Of a stretch of DNA of 64,000 nt, positions 1-14,332 are shown one piece after another; within the stretch, counting starts at the first letter, position 1, and every line of letters starts with the position of its first letter. Source of the stretch: Balanoglossus misakiensis (lineage: Eukaryota > Animalia > Hemichordata); assembly GCA_040954595.2 (NCBI GenBank), contig CM082594.2, positions 7,323,573 to 7,387,572 of the forward strand. The letters run 5' to 3'. Under the pieces are notes generated by a model, which was given only the letters and a program-made list of their open reading frames with translations, was not told where the DNA came from and did no database searches. A program made the position numbers and the translations under genes.

Positions 1-3000
1 CGAGAAATTGTCATTTTTGGACGATTTCCTGAGCTATAACCCATGGTTTTTGTCGAAAAATCGATGAAATTTTGAAATTCCGGGAAATCGAGAAATTGTC
101 ATTTTTGGACGATTTCCTGAGCTATAACCCATGGTTTTTGTCGAAATCGATTGAAATTTTGAAATTCCGGGAAGTCGAGAAATTGTCATTTTTGGACGAT
201 TTCCTGAGCTATAACCCATGGTTTTTGTCGAAAATCGATGAAATTTTGAAATTCCGGGAAGTCGAGAAATTGTCATTTTTGGACGATTTCCTGAGCTATA
301 ACCCATGGTTTTTGTCGAAAATCGATGAAATTTTGAAATTCCGGGAAGTCGAAAAATTGTCATTTTTGGACGATTTCCTGAGCTATAACCCATGGTTTTT
401 GTCGAAAATCGATGAAATTTTGAAATTCCGGGAAGTCGAAAATTGTCATTTTTGGACGATTTCCTGAGCTATAACCCATGGTTTTTGTCGAAAATCGATG
501 AAATTTTGAAATTCCGGGAAGTCGAAAATTGTCATTTTTGGACGATTTCCTGAGCTATAACCCATGGTTTTTGTCGAAAATCGATGAAATTTTGAAATTC
601 CGGGAAGTCGAAAAATTGTCATTTTTGGACGATTTCCTGAGCTATAACCCATGGTTTTTGTCGAAAATCGATGAAATTTTGAAATTCCGGGAAGTCGAAA
701 AATTGTCATTTTTGGACGATTTCCTGAGCTATAACCCATGGTTTTTGTCGAAAATCGATGAAATTTTGAAATTCCGGGAAGTCGAAAAATTGTCATTTTT
801 GGACGATTTCCTGAGCTATAACCCATGGTTTTTGTCGAAAATCGATGAAATTTTGAAATTCCGGGAAGTCGAAAAATTGTCATTTTTGGACGATTTCCTG
901 AGCTATAACCCATGGTTTTTGTCGAAAATCGATGAAATTTTGAAATTCCGGGAAGTCGAAAAATTGTCATTTTTGGACGATTTCCTGAGCTATAACCCAT
1001 GGTTTTTGTCGAAAATCGATGAAATTTTGAAATTCCGGGAAGTCGAAAAATTGTCATTTTTGGACGATTTCCTGAGCTATAACCCATGGTTTTTGTCGAA
1101 AATCGATGAAATTTTGAAATTCCGGGAAGTCGAAAAATTGTCATTTTTGGACGATTTCCTGAGCTATAACCCATGGTTTTTGTCGAAAATCGATGAAATT
1201 TTGAAATTCCGGGAAGTCGAAAAATTGTCATTTTTGGACGATTTCCTGAGCTATAACCCATGGTTTTTGTCGAAAATCGATGAAATTTTGAAATTCCGGG
1301 AAGTCGAAAAATTGTCATTTTTGGACGATTTCCTGAGCTATAACCCATGGTTTTTGTCGAAAATCGATGAAATTTTGAAATTCCGGGAAGTCGAGAAATT
1401 GTCATTTTTGGACGATTTCCTGAGCTATAACCCATGGTTTTTGTCGAAAATCGATGAAATTTTGAAATTCCGGGAAGTCGAGAAATTGTCATTTTTGGAC
1501 GATTTCCTGAGCTATAACCCATGGTTTTTGTCGAAAATCGATGAAATTTTGAAATTCCGGGAAGTCGAGAAAATTGTCATTTTTGGACGATTTCCTGAGC
1601 TATAACCCATGGTTTTTGTCGAAAATCGATGAAATTTTGAAATTCCGGGAAGTCGAGAAATTGTCATTTTTGGACGATTTCCTGAGCTATAACCCATGGT
1701 TTTTGTCGAAAATCGATGAAATTTTGAAATTCCGGGAAGTCGAGAAATTGTCATTTTTGGACGATTTCCTGAGCTATAACCCATGGTTTTTGTCGAAAAT
1801 CGATGAAATTTTGAAATTCCGGGAAGTCGAAAAATTGTCATTTTTGGACGATTTCCTGAGCTATAACCCATGGTTTTTGTCGAAAATCGATGAAATTTTG
1901 AAATTCCGGGAAGTCGAGAAATTGTCATTTTTGGACGATTTCCTGAGCTATAACCCATGGTTTTTGTCGAAAATCGATGAAATTTTGAAATTCCGGGAAG
2001 TCGAAAAATTGTCATTTTTGGACGATTTCCTGAGCTATAACCCATGGTTTTTGTCGAAAATCGATGAAATTTTGAAATTCCGGGAAGTCGAAAAATTGTC
2101 ATTTTTGGACGATTTCCTGAGCTATAACCCATGGTTTTTGTCGAAAATCGATGAAATTTTGAAATTCCGGGAAGTCGAAAAATTGTCATTTTTGGACGAT
2201 TTCCTGAGCTATAACCCATGGTTTTTGTCGAAAATCGATGAAATTTTGAAATTCCGGGAAGTCGAAAAATTGTCATTTTTGGACGATTTCCTGAGCTATA
2301 ACCCATGGTTTTTGTCGAAAATCGATGAAATTTTGAAATTCCGGGAAGTCGAAAAATTGTCATTTTTGGACGATTTCCTGAGCTATAACCCATGGTTTTT
2401 GTCGAAAATCGATGAAATTTTGAAATTCCGGGAAGTCGAAAAATTGTCATTTTTGGACGATTTCCTGAGCTATAACCCATGGTTTTTGTCGAAAATCGAT
2501 GAAATTTTGAAATTCCGGGAAGTCGAAAAATTGTCATTTTTGGACGATTTCCTGAGCTATAACCCATGGTTTTTGTCGAAAATCGATGAAATTTTGAAAT
2601 TCCGGGAAGTCGAAAAATTGTCATTTTTGGACGATTTCCTGAGCTATAACCCATGGTTTTTGTCGAAAATCGATGAAATTTTGAAATTCCGGGAAGTCGA
2701 AAAATTGTCATTTTTGGACGATTTCCTGAGCTATAACCCATGGTTTTTGTCGAAAATCGATGAAATTTTGAAATTCCGCGAAGTCGAAAAATTGTCATTT
2801 TTGGACGATTTCCTGAGCTATAACCCATGGTTTTTGTCGAAAATCGATGAAATTTTGAAATTCCGGGAAGTCGAAAAATTGTCATTTTTGGACGATTTCC
2901 TGAGCTATAACCCATGGTTTTTGTCGAAAATCGATGAAATTTTGAAATTCCGGGAAGTCGAAAAATTGTCATTTTTGGACGATTTCCTGAGCTATAACCC

Positions 3001-6000
3001 ATGGTTTTTGTCGAAAATCGATGAAATTTTGAAATTCCGGGAAGTCGAAAAATTGTCATTTTTGGACGATTTCCTGAGCTATAACCCATGGTTTTTGTCG
3101 AAAATCGATGAAATTTTGAAATTCCGGGAAGTCGAAAAATTGTCATTTTTGGACGATTTCCTGAGCTATAACCCATGGTTTTTGTCGAAAATCGATGAAA
3201 TTTTGAAATTCCGGGAGGTCGAAAAATTGTCATTTTTGGACGATTTCCTGAGCTATAACCCATGGTTTTTGTCGAAAATCGATGAAATTTTGAAATTCCG
3301 GGAAGTCGAAAAATTTGTCATTTTTGGACGATTTCCTGAGCTATAACCCATGGTTTTTGTCAAAAATCGATGAAATTTTGAAATTCCGGGAGGTCGAAAA
3401 ATTGTCATTTTTGGACGATTTCCTGAGCTATAACCCATGGTTTTTGTCGAAAATCGATGAAATTTTGAAATTCCGGGAGGTCGAAAAATTTGTCATTTTT
3501 GGACGATTTCCTGAGCTATAACCCATGGTTTTTGTCGAAAATCGATGAAATTTTGAAATTCCGGGAAGTCGAAAAATTGTCATTTTTGGACGATTTCCTG
3601 AGCTATAACCCATGGTTTTTGTCGAAAATCGATGAAATTTTGAAATTCCGGGAGGTCGAAAAATTTGTCATTTTTGGACGATTTCCTGAGCTATAACCCA
3701 TGGTTTTTGTCAAAAATCGATGAAATTTCGAATTCCGGGAAGTCGAAAAATTTGTCATTTTTGGACGATTTCCTGAGCTATAACCCATGGTTTTTGTCAA
3801 AAATCGATGAAATTTCGAAATTCCGGGAAGTCGAAAAATTGTCATTTTTGGACGATTTCCTGAGCTATAACCCATGGTTTTTGTCGAAAATCGATGAAAT
3901 TTTGAAATTCCGGGAAGTCGAGAAATTGTCATTTTTGGACGATTTCCTGAGCTATAACCCATGGTTTTTGTCGAAAATCGATGAAATTTTGAAATTCCGG
4001 GAAGTCGAAAAATTGTCATTTTTGGACGATTTCCTGAGCTATAACCCATGGTTTTTGTCGAAAATCGATGAAATTTTGAAATTCCGGGAAGTCGAAAAAT
4101 TGTCATTTTTGGACGATTTCCTGAGCTATAACCCGTGGTTTTTGTCGAAAATCGATGAAATTTTGAAATTCCGGGAAGTCGAGAAAATTGTCATTTTTGG
4201 ACGATTTCCTGAGCTATAACCCGTGGTTTTTGTCAAAAATCGATGAAATTTCGAAATTCCGGGAAGTCGAAAAATTGTCATTTTTGGACGATTTCCTGAG
4301 CTATAACCCGTGGTTTTTGTCAAAAATCGATGAAATTTTGAAATTCCGGGAAGTCGAGAAATTGTCATTTTTGGACGATTTCCTGAGCTATAACCCATGG
4401 TTTTTGTCGAAAATCGATGAAATTTTGAAATTCCGGGAAGTCGAAAAATTGTCATTTTTGGACGATTTCCTGAGCTATAACCCATGGTTTTTGTCGAAAA
4501 TCGATGAAATTTTGAAATTCCGGGAAGTCGAAAAATTGTCATTTTTGGACGATTTCCTGAGCTATAACCCATGGTTTTTGTCGAAAATCGATGAAATTTT
4601 GAAATTCCGGGAAGTCGAAAAATTGTCATTTTTGGACGATTTCCTGAGCTATAACCCATGGTTTTTGTCGAAAATCGATGAAATTTTGAAATTCCGGGAA
4701 GTCGAAAAATTGTCATTTTTGGACGATTTCCTGAGCTATAACCCATGGTTTTTGTCGAAAATCGATGAAATTTTGAAATTCCGGGAAGTCGAAAAATTGT
4801 CATTTTTGGACGATTTCCTGAGCTATAACCCATGGTTTTTGTCGAAAATCGATGAAATTTTGAAATTCCGGGAAGTCGAGAAATTGTCATTTTTGGACGA
4901 TTTCCTGAGCTATAACCCATGGTTTTTGTCGAAAATCGATGAAATTTTGAAATTCCGGGAAGTCGAGAAATTGTCATTTTTGGACGATTTCCTGAGCTAT
5001 AACCCATGGTTTTTGTCGAAAATCGATGAAATTTTGAAATTCCGGGAAGTCGAGAAATTGTCATTTTTGGACGATTTCCTGAGCTATAACCCATGGTTTT
5101 TGTCGAAAATCGATGAAATTTTGAAATTCCGGGAAGTCGAGAAATTGTCATTTTTGGACGATTTCCTGAGCTATAACCCATGGTTTTTGTCGAAAATCGA
5201 TGAAATTTTGAAATTCCGGGAAGTCGAGAAATTGTCATTTTTGGACGATTTCCTGAGCTATAACCCATGGTTTTTGTCGAAAATCGATGAAATTTTGAAA
5301 TTCCGGGAAGTCGAGAAATTGTCATTTTTGGACGATTTCCTGAGCTATAACCCATGGTTTTTGTCGAAAATCGATGAAATTTTGAAATTCCGGGAAGTCG
5401 AGAAATTGTCATTTTTGGACGATTTCCTGAGCTATAACCCATGGTTTTTGTCGAAAATCGATGAAATTTTGAAATTCCGGGAAGTCGAAAAATTGTCATT
5501 TTTGGACGATTTCCTGAGCTATAACCCATGGTTTTTGTCGAAAATCGATGAAATTTTGAAATTCCGGGAAGTCGAGAAATTGTCATTTTTGGACGATTTC
5601 CTGAGCTATAACCCATGGTTTTTGTCGAAAATCGATGAAATTTTGAAATTCCGGGAAGTCGAGAAATTGTCATTTTTGGACGATTTCCTGAGCTATAACC
5701 CATGGTTTTTGTCGAAAATCGATGAAATTTTGAAATTCCGGGAAGTCGAGAAATTGTCATTTTTGGACGATTTCCTGAGCTATAACCCATGGTTTTTGTC
5801 GAAAATCGATGAAATTTTGAAATTCCGGGAAGTCGAGAAATTGTCATTTTTGGACGATTTCCTGAGCTATAACCCATGGTTTTTGTCGAAAATCGATGAA
5901 ATTTTGAAATTCCGGGAAGTCGAGAAATTGTCATTTTTGGACGATTTCCTGAGCTATAACCCATGGTTTTTGTCGAAAATCGATGAAATTTTGAAATTCC

Positions 6001-9000
6001 GGGAAGTCGAGAAATTGTCATTTTTGGACGATTTCCTGAGCTATAACCCATGGTTTTTGTCGAAAATCGATGAAATTTTGAAATTCCGGGAAGTCGAGAA
6101 ATTGTCATTTTTGGACGATTTCCTGAGCTATAACCCATGGTTTTTGTCGAAAATCGATGAAATTTTGAAATTCCGGGAAGTCGAGAAATTGTCATTTTTG
6201 GACGATTTCCTGAGCTATAACCCATGGTTTTTGTCGAAAATCGATGAAATTTTGAAATTCCGGGAAGTCGAGAAATTGTCATTTTTGGACGATTTCCTGA
6301 GCTATAACCCATGGTTTTTGTCGAAAATCGATGAAATTTTGAAATTCCGGGAAGTCGAGAAATTGTCATTTTTGGACGATTTCCTGAGCTATAACCCATG
6401 GTTTTTGTCGAAAATCGATGAAATTTTGAAATTCCGGGAAGTCGAGAAATTGTCATTTTTGGACGATTTCCTGAGCTATAACCCATGGTTTTTGTCGAAA
6501 ATCGATGAAATTTTGAAATTCCGGGAAGTCGAAAAATTGTCATTTTTGGACGATTTCCTGAGCTATAACCCATGGTTTTTGTCGAAAATCGATGAAATTT
6601 TGAAATTCCGGGAAGTCGAAAAATTGTCATTTTTGGACGATTTCCTGAGCTATAACCCATGGTTTTTGTCGAAAATCGATGAAATTTTGAAATTCCGGGA
6701 AGTCGAAAAATTGTCATTTTTGGACGATTTCCTGAGCTATAACCCATGGTTTTTGTCGAAAATCGATGAAATTTTGAAATTCCGGGAAGTCGAAAAATTG
6801 TCATTTTTGGACGATTTCCTGAGCTATAACCCATGGTTTTTGTCGAAAATCGATGAAATTTTGAAATTCCGGGAAGTCGAAAAATTGTCATTTTTGGACG
6901 ATTTCCTGAGCTATAACCCATGGTTTTTGTCGAAAATCGATGAAATTTTGAAATTCCGGGAAGTCGAAAAATTGTCATTTTTGGACGATTTCCTGAGCTA
7001 TAACCCATGGTTTTTGTCGAAAATCGATGAAATTTTGAAATTCCGGGAAGTCGAAAAATTGTCATTTTTGGACGATTTCCTGAGCTATAACCCATGGTTT
7101 TTGTCGAAAATCGATGAAATTTTGAAATTCCGGGAAGTCGAAAAATTGTCATTTTTGGACGATTTCCTGAGCTATAACCCATGGTTTTTGTCGAAAATCG
7201 ATGAAATTTTGAAATTCCGGGAAGTCGAAAAATTGTCATGTTTGGACGATTTCCTGAGCTATAACCCATGGTTTTTGTCGAAAATCGATGAAATTTTGAA
7301 ATTCCGGGAAGTCGAAAAATTGTCATGTTTGGACGATTTCCTGAGCTATAACCCATGGTTTTTGTCGAAAATCGATGAAATTTTGAAATTCCGGGAAGTC
7401 GAAAAATTGTCATTTTTGGACGATTTCCTGAGCTATAACCCATGGTTTTTGTCGAAAATCGATGAAATTTTGAAATTCCGGGAAGTCGAAAAATTGTCAT
7501 TTTTGGACGATTTCCTGAGCTATAACCCATGGTTTTTGTCGAAAATCGATGAAATTTTGAAATTCCGGGAAGTCGAAAAATTGTCATGTTTGGACGATTT
7601 CCTGAGCTATAACCCATGGTTTTTGTCGAAAATCGATGAAATTTTGAAATTCCGGGAAGTCGAAAAATTGTCATGTTTGGACGATTTCCTGAGCTATAAC
7701 CCGGAAGTCGAAAAATTGTCATTTTTGGACGATTTCCTGAGCTATAACCCATGGTTTTTGTCGAAAATCGATGAAATTTTGAAATTCCGGGAAGTCGAAA
7801 AATTGTCATTTTTGGACGATTTCCTGAGCTATAACCCATGGTTTTTGTCGAAAATCGATGAAATTTTGAAATTCCGGGAAGTCGAAAAATTGTCATTTTT
7901 GGACGATTTCCTGAGCTATAACCCATGGTTTTTGTCGAAAATCGATGAAATTTTGAAATTCCGGGAAGTCGAAAAATTGTCATTTTTGGACGATTTCCTG
8001 AGCTATAACCCATGGTTTTTGTCGAAAATCGATGAAATTTTGAAATTCCGGGAAGTCGAAAAATTGTCATTTTTGGACGATTTCCTGAGCTATAACCCAT
8101 GGTTTTTGTCGAAAATCGATGAAATTTTGAAATTCCGGGAAGTCGAAAAATTGTCATTTTTGGACGATTTCCTGAGCTATAACCCATGGTTTTTGTCGAA
8201 AATCGATGAAATTTTGAAATTCCGGGTAGTCGAAAAATTGTCATTTTTGGACGATTTCCTGAGCTATAACCCATGGTTTTTGTCGAAAATCGATGAAATT
8301 TTGAAATTCCGGGAAGTCGAAAAATTGTCATTTTTGGACGATTTCCTGAGCTATAACCCATGGTTTTTGTCGAAAATCGATGAAATTTTGAAATTCCGGG
8401 AAGTCGAAAAATTGTCATTTTTGGACGATTTCCTGAGCTATAACCCATGGTTTTTGTCGAAAATCGATGAAATTTCGAAATTCCGGGAAGTCGAAAAATT
8501 GTCATTTTTGGACGATTTCCTGAGCTATAACCCATGGTTTTTGTCGAAAATCGATGAAATTTTGAAATTCCGGGAAGTCGAAAAATTGTCATTTTTGGAC
8601 GATTTCCTGAGCTATAACCCATGGTTTTTGTCGAAAATCGATGAAATTTTGAAATTCCGGGAAGTCGAAAAATTGTCATTTTTGGACGATTTCCTGAGCT
8701 ATAACCCATGGTTTTTGTCGAAAATCGATGAAATTTTGAAATTCCGGGAAGTCGAAAAATTGTCATTTTTGGACGATTTCCTGAGCTATAACCCATGGTT
8801 TTTGTCGAAAATCGATGAAATTTTGAAATTCCGGGAAGTCGAAAAATTGTCATTTTTGGACGATTTCCTGAGCTATAACCCATGGTTTTTGTCGAAAATC
8901 GATGAAATTTTGAAATTCCGGGAAGTCGAAAAATTGTCATTTTTGGACGATTTCCTGAGCTATAACCCATGGTTTTTGTCGAAAATCGATGAAATTTTGA

Positions 9001-12000
9001 AATTCCGGGAAGTCGAAAAATTGTCATTTTTGGACGATTTCCTGAGCTATAACCCATGGTTTTTGTCGAAAATCGATGAAATTTTGAAATTCCGGGAAGT
9101 CGAAAAATTGTCATTTTTGGACGATTTCCTGAGCTATAACCCATGGTTTTTGTCGAAAATCGATGAAATTTTGAAATTCCGGGAAGTCGAAAAATTGTCA
9201 TTTTTGGACGATTTCCTGAGCTATAACCCATGGTTTTTGTCGAAAATCGATGAAATTTTGAAATTCCGGGAAGTCGAAAAATTGTCATTTTTGGACGATT
9301 TCCTGAGCTATAACCCATGGTTTTTGTCGAAAATCGATGAAATTTTGAAATTCCGGGAAGTCGAAAAATTGTCATTTTTGGACGATTTCCTGAGCTATAA
9401 CCCATGGTTTTTGTCGAAAATCGATGAAATTTTGAAATTCCGGGAAGTCGAAAAATTGTCATTTTTGGACGATTTCCTGAGCTATAACCCATGGTTTTTG
9501 TCGAAAATCGATGAAATTTTGAAATTCCGGGAAGTCGAAAAATTGTCATGTTTGGACGATTTCCTGAGCTATAACCCATGGTTTTTGTCGAAAATCGATG
9601 AAATTTTGAAATTCCGGGAAGTCGAAAAATTGTCATGTTTGGACGATTTCCTGAGCTATAACCCATGGTTTTTGTCGAAAATCGATGAAATTTTGAAATT
9701 CCGGGAAGTCGAAAAATTGTCATGTTTGGACGATTTCCTGAGCTATAACCCATGGTTTTTGTCGAAAATCGATGAAATTTTGAAATTCCGGGAAGTCGAA
9801 AAATTGTCATTTTTGGACGATTTCCTGAGCTATAACCCATGGTTTTTGTCGAAAATCGATGAAATTTTGAAATTCCGGGAAGTCGAAAAATTGTCATGTT
9901 TGGACGATTTCCTGAGCTATAACCCATGGTTTTTGTCGAAAATCGATGAAATTTTGAAATTCCGGGAAGTCGAAAAATTGTCATTTTTGGACGATTTCCT
10001 GAGCTATAACCCATGGTTTTTGTCGAAAATCGATGAAATTTTGAAATTCCGGGAAGTCGAAAAATTGTCATTTTTGGACGATTTCCTGAGCTATAACCCA
10101 TGGTTTTTGTCGAAAATCGATGAAATTTTGAAATTCCGGGAAGTCGAAAAATTGTCATTTTTGGACGATTTCCTGAGCTATAACCCATGGTTTTTGTCGA
10201 AAATCGATGAAATTTTGAAATTCCGGGAAGTCGAAAAATTGTCATGTTTGGACGATTTCCTGAGCTATAACCCATGGTTTTTGTCGAAAATCGATGAAAT
10301 TTTGAAATTCCGGGAAGTCGAAAAATTGTCATGTTTGGACGATTTCCTGAGCTATAACCCATGGTTTTTGTCGAAAATCGATGAAATTTTGAAATTCCGG
10401 GAAGTCGAAAAATTGTCATGTTTGGACGATTTCCTGAGCTATAACCCATGGTTTTTGTCGAAAATCGATGAAATTTTGAAATTCCGGGAAGTCGAAAAAT
10501 TGTCATGTTTGGACGATTTCCTGAGCTATAACCCATGGTTTTTGTCGAAAATCGATGAAATTTTGAAATTCCGGGAAGTCGAAAAATTGTCATTTTTGGA
10601 CGATTTCCTGAGCTATAACCCATGGTTTTTGTCGAAAATCGATGAAATTTTGAAATTCCGGGAAGTCGAAAAATTGTCATTTTTGGACGATTTCCTGAGC
10701 TATAACCCATGGTTTTTGTCGAAAATCGATGAAATTTTGAAATTCCGGGAAGTCGAAAAATTGTCATTTTTGGACGATTTCCTGAGCTATAACCCATGGT
10801 TTTTGTCGAAAATCGATGAAATTTTGAAATTCCGGGAAGTCGAAAAATTGTCATTTTTGGACGATTTCCTGAGCTATAACCCATGGTTTTTGTCGAAAAT
10901 CGATGAAATTTTGAAATTCCGGGAAGTCGAAAAATTGTCATGTTTGGACGATTTCCTGAGCTATAACCCATGGTTTTTGTCGAAAATCGATGAAATTTTG
11001 AAATTCCGGGAAGTCGAAAAATTGTCATGTTTGGACGATTTCCTGAGCTATAACCCATGGTTTTTGTCGAAAATCGATGAAATTTTGAAATTCCGGGAAG
11101 TCGAAAAATTGTCATTTTCGGACGATTTCCTGAGCTATAACCCATGGTTTTTGTCGAAAATCGATGAAATTTTGAAATTCCGGGAAGTCGAAAAATTGTC
11201 ATTTTCGGACGATTTCCTGAGCTATAACCCATGGTTTTTGTCGAAAATCGATGAAATTTTGAAATTCCGGGAAGTCGAAAAATTGTCATTTTCGGACGAT
11301 TTCCTGAGCTATAACCCATGGTTTTTGTCGAAAATCGATGAAATTTTGAAATTCCGGGAAGTCGAAAAATTGTCATTTTCGGACGATTTCCTGAGCTATA
11401 ACCCATGGTTTTTGTCGAAAATCGATGAAATTTTGAAATTCCGGGAAGTCGAAAAATTGTCATTTTCGGACGATTTCCTGAGCTATAACCCATGGTTTTT
11501 GTCGAAAATCGATGAAATTTTGAAATTCCGGGAAGTCGAAAAATTGTCATTTTCGGACGATTTCCTGAGCTATAACCCATGGTTTTTGTCGAAAATCGAT
11601 GAAATTTTGAAATTCCGGGAAGTCGAAAAATTGTCATTTTCGGACGATTTCCTGAGCTATAACCCATGGTTTTTGTCGAAAATCGATGAAATTTTGAAAT
11701 TCCGGGAAGTCGAAAAATTGTCATTTTCGGACGATTTCCTGAGCTATAACCCATGGTTTTTGTCGAAAATCGATGAAATTTTGAAATTCCGGGAAGTCGA
11801 AAAATTGTCATTTTCGGACGATTTCCTGAGCTATAACCCATGGTTTTTGTCGAAAATCGATGAAATTTTGAAATTCCGGGAAGTCGAAAAATTGTCATTT
11901 TCGGACGATTTCCTGAGCTATAACCCATGGTTTTTGTCGAAAATCGATGAAATTTTGAAATTCCGGGAAGTCGAAAAATTGTCATTTTCGGACGATTTCC

Positions 12001-14103
12001 TGAGCTATAACCCATGGTTTTTGTCGAAAATCGATGAAATTTTGAAATTCCGGGAAGTCGAAAAATTGTCATTTTCGGACGATTTCCTGAGCTATAACCC
12101 ATGGTTTTTGTCGAAAATCGATGAAATTTTGAAATTCCGGGAAGTCGAAAAATTGTCATTTTCGGACGATTTCCTGAGCTATAACCCATGGTTTTTGTCG
12201 AAAATCGATGAAATTTTGAAATTCCGGGAAGTCGAAAAATTGTCATTTTCGGACGATTTCCTGAGCTATAACCCATGGTTTTTGTCGAAAATCGATGAAA
12301 TTTTGAAATTCCGGGAAGTCGAAAAATTGTCATTTTCGGACGATTTCCTGAGCTATAACCCATGGTTTTTGTCGAAAATCGATGAAATTTTGAAATTCCG
12401 GGAAGTCGAAAAATTGTCATTTTCGGACGATTTCCTGAGCTATAACCCATGGTTTTTGTCGAAAATCGATGAAATTTTGAAATTCCGGGAAGTCGAAAAA
12501 TTGTCATTTTCGGACGATTTCCTGAGCTATAACCCATGGTTTTTGTCGAAAATCGATGAAATTTTGAAATTCCGGGAAGTCGAAAAATTGTCATTTTCGG
12601 ACGATTTCCTGAGCTATAACCCATGGTTTTTGTCGAAAATGGATGAAATTTTGAAATTCCGGGAAGTCGAAAAATTGTCATTTTCGGACGATTTCCTGAG
12701 CTATAACCCATGGTTTTTGTCGAAAATCGATGAAATTTTGAAATTCCGGGAAGTCGAAAAATTGTCATTTTCGGACGATTTCCTGAGCTATAACCCATGG
12801 TTTTTGTCGAAAATCGATGAAATTTTGAAATTCCGGGAAGTCGAAAAATTGTCATTTTCGGACGATTTCCTGAGCTATAACCCATGGTTTTTGTCGAAAA
12901 TCGATGAAATTTTGAAATTCCGGGAAGTCGAAAAATTGTCATTTTCGGACGATTTCCTGAGCTATAACCCATGGTTTTTGTCGAAAATCGATGAAATTTT
13001 GAAATTCCGGGAAGTCGAAAAATTGTCATTTTTGGACGATTTCCTGAGCTATAACCCATGGTTTTTGTCGAAAATCGATGAAATTTTGAAATTCCGGGAA
13101 GTCGAAAAATTGTCATTTTTGGACGATTTCCTGAGCTATAACCCATGGTTTTTGTCGAAAATCGATGAAATTTTGAAATTCCGGGAAGTCGAAAAATTGT
13201 CATTTTTGGACGATTTCCTGAGCTATAACCCATGGTTTTTGTCGAAAATCGATGAAATTTTGAAATTCCGGGAAGTCGAAAAATTGTCATTTTTGGACGA
13301 TTTCCTGAGCTATAACCCATGGTTTTTGTCGAAAATCGATGAAATTTTGAAATTCCGGGAAGTCGAAAAATTGTCATTTTTGGACGATTTCCTGAGCTAT
13401 AACCCATGGTTTTTGTCGAAAATCGATGAAATTTTGAAATTCCGGGAAGTCGAAAAATTGTCATTTTTGGACGATTTCCTGAGCTATAACCCATGGTTTT
13501 TGTCGAAAATCGATGAAATTTTGAAATTCCGGGAAGTCGAAAAATTGTCATTTTTGGACGATTTCCTGAGCTATAACCCATGGTTTTTGTCGAAAATCGA
13601 TGAAATTTTGAAATTCCGGGAAGTCGAAAAATTGTCATTTTTGGACGATTTCCTGAGCTATAACCCATGGTTTTTGTCGAAAATCGATGAAATTTTGAAA
13701 TTCCGGGAAGTCGAAAAATTGTCATTTTTGGACGATTTCCTGAGCTATAACCCATGGTTTTTGTCCAAAATCGATGAAATTTTGAAATTCCGGGAAGTCG
13801 AAAAATTGTCATTTTTGGACGATTTCCTGAGCTATAACCCATGGTTTTTGTCGAAAATCGATGAAATTTTGAAATTCCGGGAAGTCGAAAAATTGTCATT
13901 TTTGGACGATTTCCTGAGCTATAACCCATGGTTTTTGTCGAAAATCGATGAAATTTTGAAATTCCGGGAAGTCGAAAAATGGTCATTTTTGGACGATTTC
14001 CTGAGCTATAACCCATGGTTTTTGTCCAAAATCGATGAAATTTTGAAATTCCGGGAAGTCGAAAAATTGTCATTTTTGGACGATTTCATGAGCTATAACC
14101 CAT
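1..14103. repeat. Homogeneous tandem satellite, 87-bp monomer (gaaattccgggaagtcgaaaaattgtcatttttggacgatttcctgagctataacccatggtttttgtcgaaaatcgatgaaatttt), about 162 copies; continues beyond window start
   Basis: Directly visible tandem repetition; the ORF track shows a 29-aa period on both strands; most monomers differ by 0-2 substitutions. Confidence 0.99.
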
Positions 14104-14327
14104 GATTTTTTCAAAAATCGGCAAAATTTTGAAATTCCGCAAAGTCGAAAAATTCTCATTTTTGGATGATTTTCATGAGCTATAACCCATGATTTTTTCA
14201 AAAATCGGCCAAATTTTGAAATTCCGCCAAGTCGAAAAATTCTCATTTTTGGATGATTTTCATGAGCTATAACCCATGATTTTTTTCAAAAATCGGCCAA
14301 ATTTTGAAATTCCGCAAAGTCGAAAAA
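14104..14327 (+). repeat. About 2.5 diverged satellite monomers in the same orientation as the array
   Basis: Same backbone with many substitutions (aaattccgcaaagtcgaaaaattctcatttttggatgattttcatgagctataacccatga). Confidence 0.95.
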
Positions 14328-14332
14328 GCATG

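Noticed and set aside
1-4200. Cluster of 1-bp indels and extra variants in the first 4.2 kb as a distinct satellite subfamily
   Set aside because: The indels fall in A/T homopolymers near the window start and could be consensus errors; this cannot be decided without reads.
1-14103. CRISPR array
   Set aside because: No unique spacers, no cas genes, and the context is intron-containing animal DNA.
34-14105. Giant repetitive ORFs (up to about 3300 aa) on both strands
   Set aside because: They follow from a stop-free 87-bp (29-codon) monomer. Both strands are open, variants are not biased to synonymous sites, frameshifts occur in 1-4200, and there is no unique N- or C-terminal domain.
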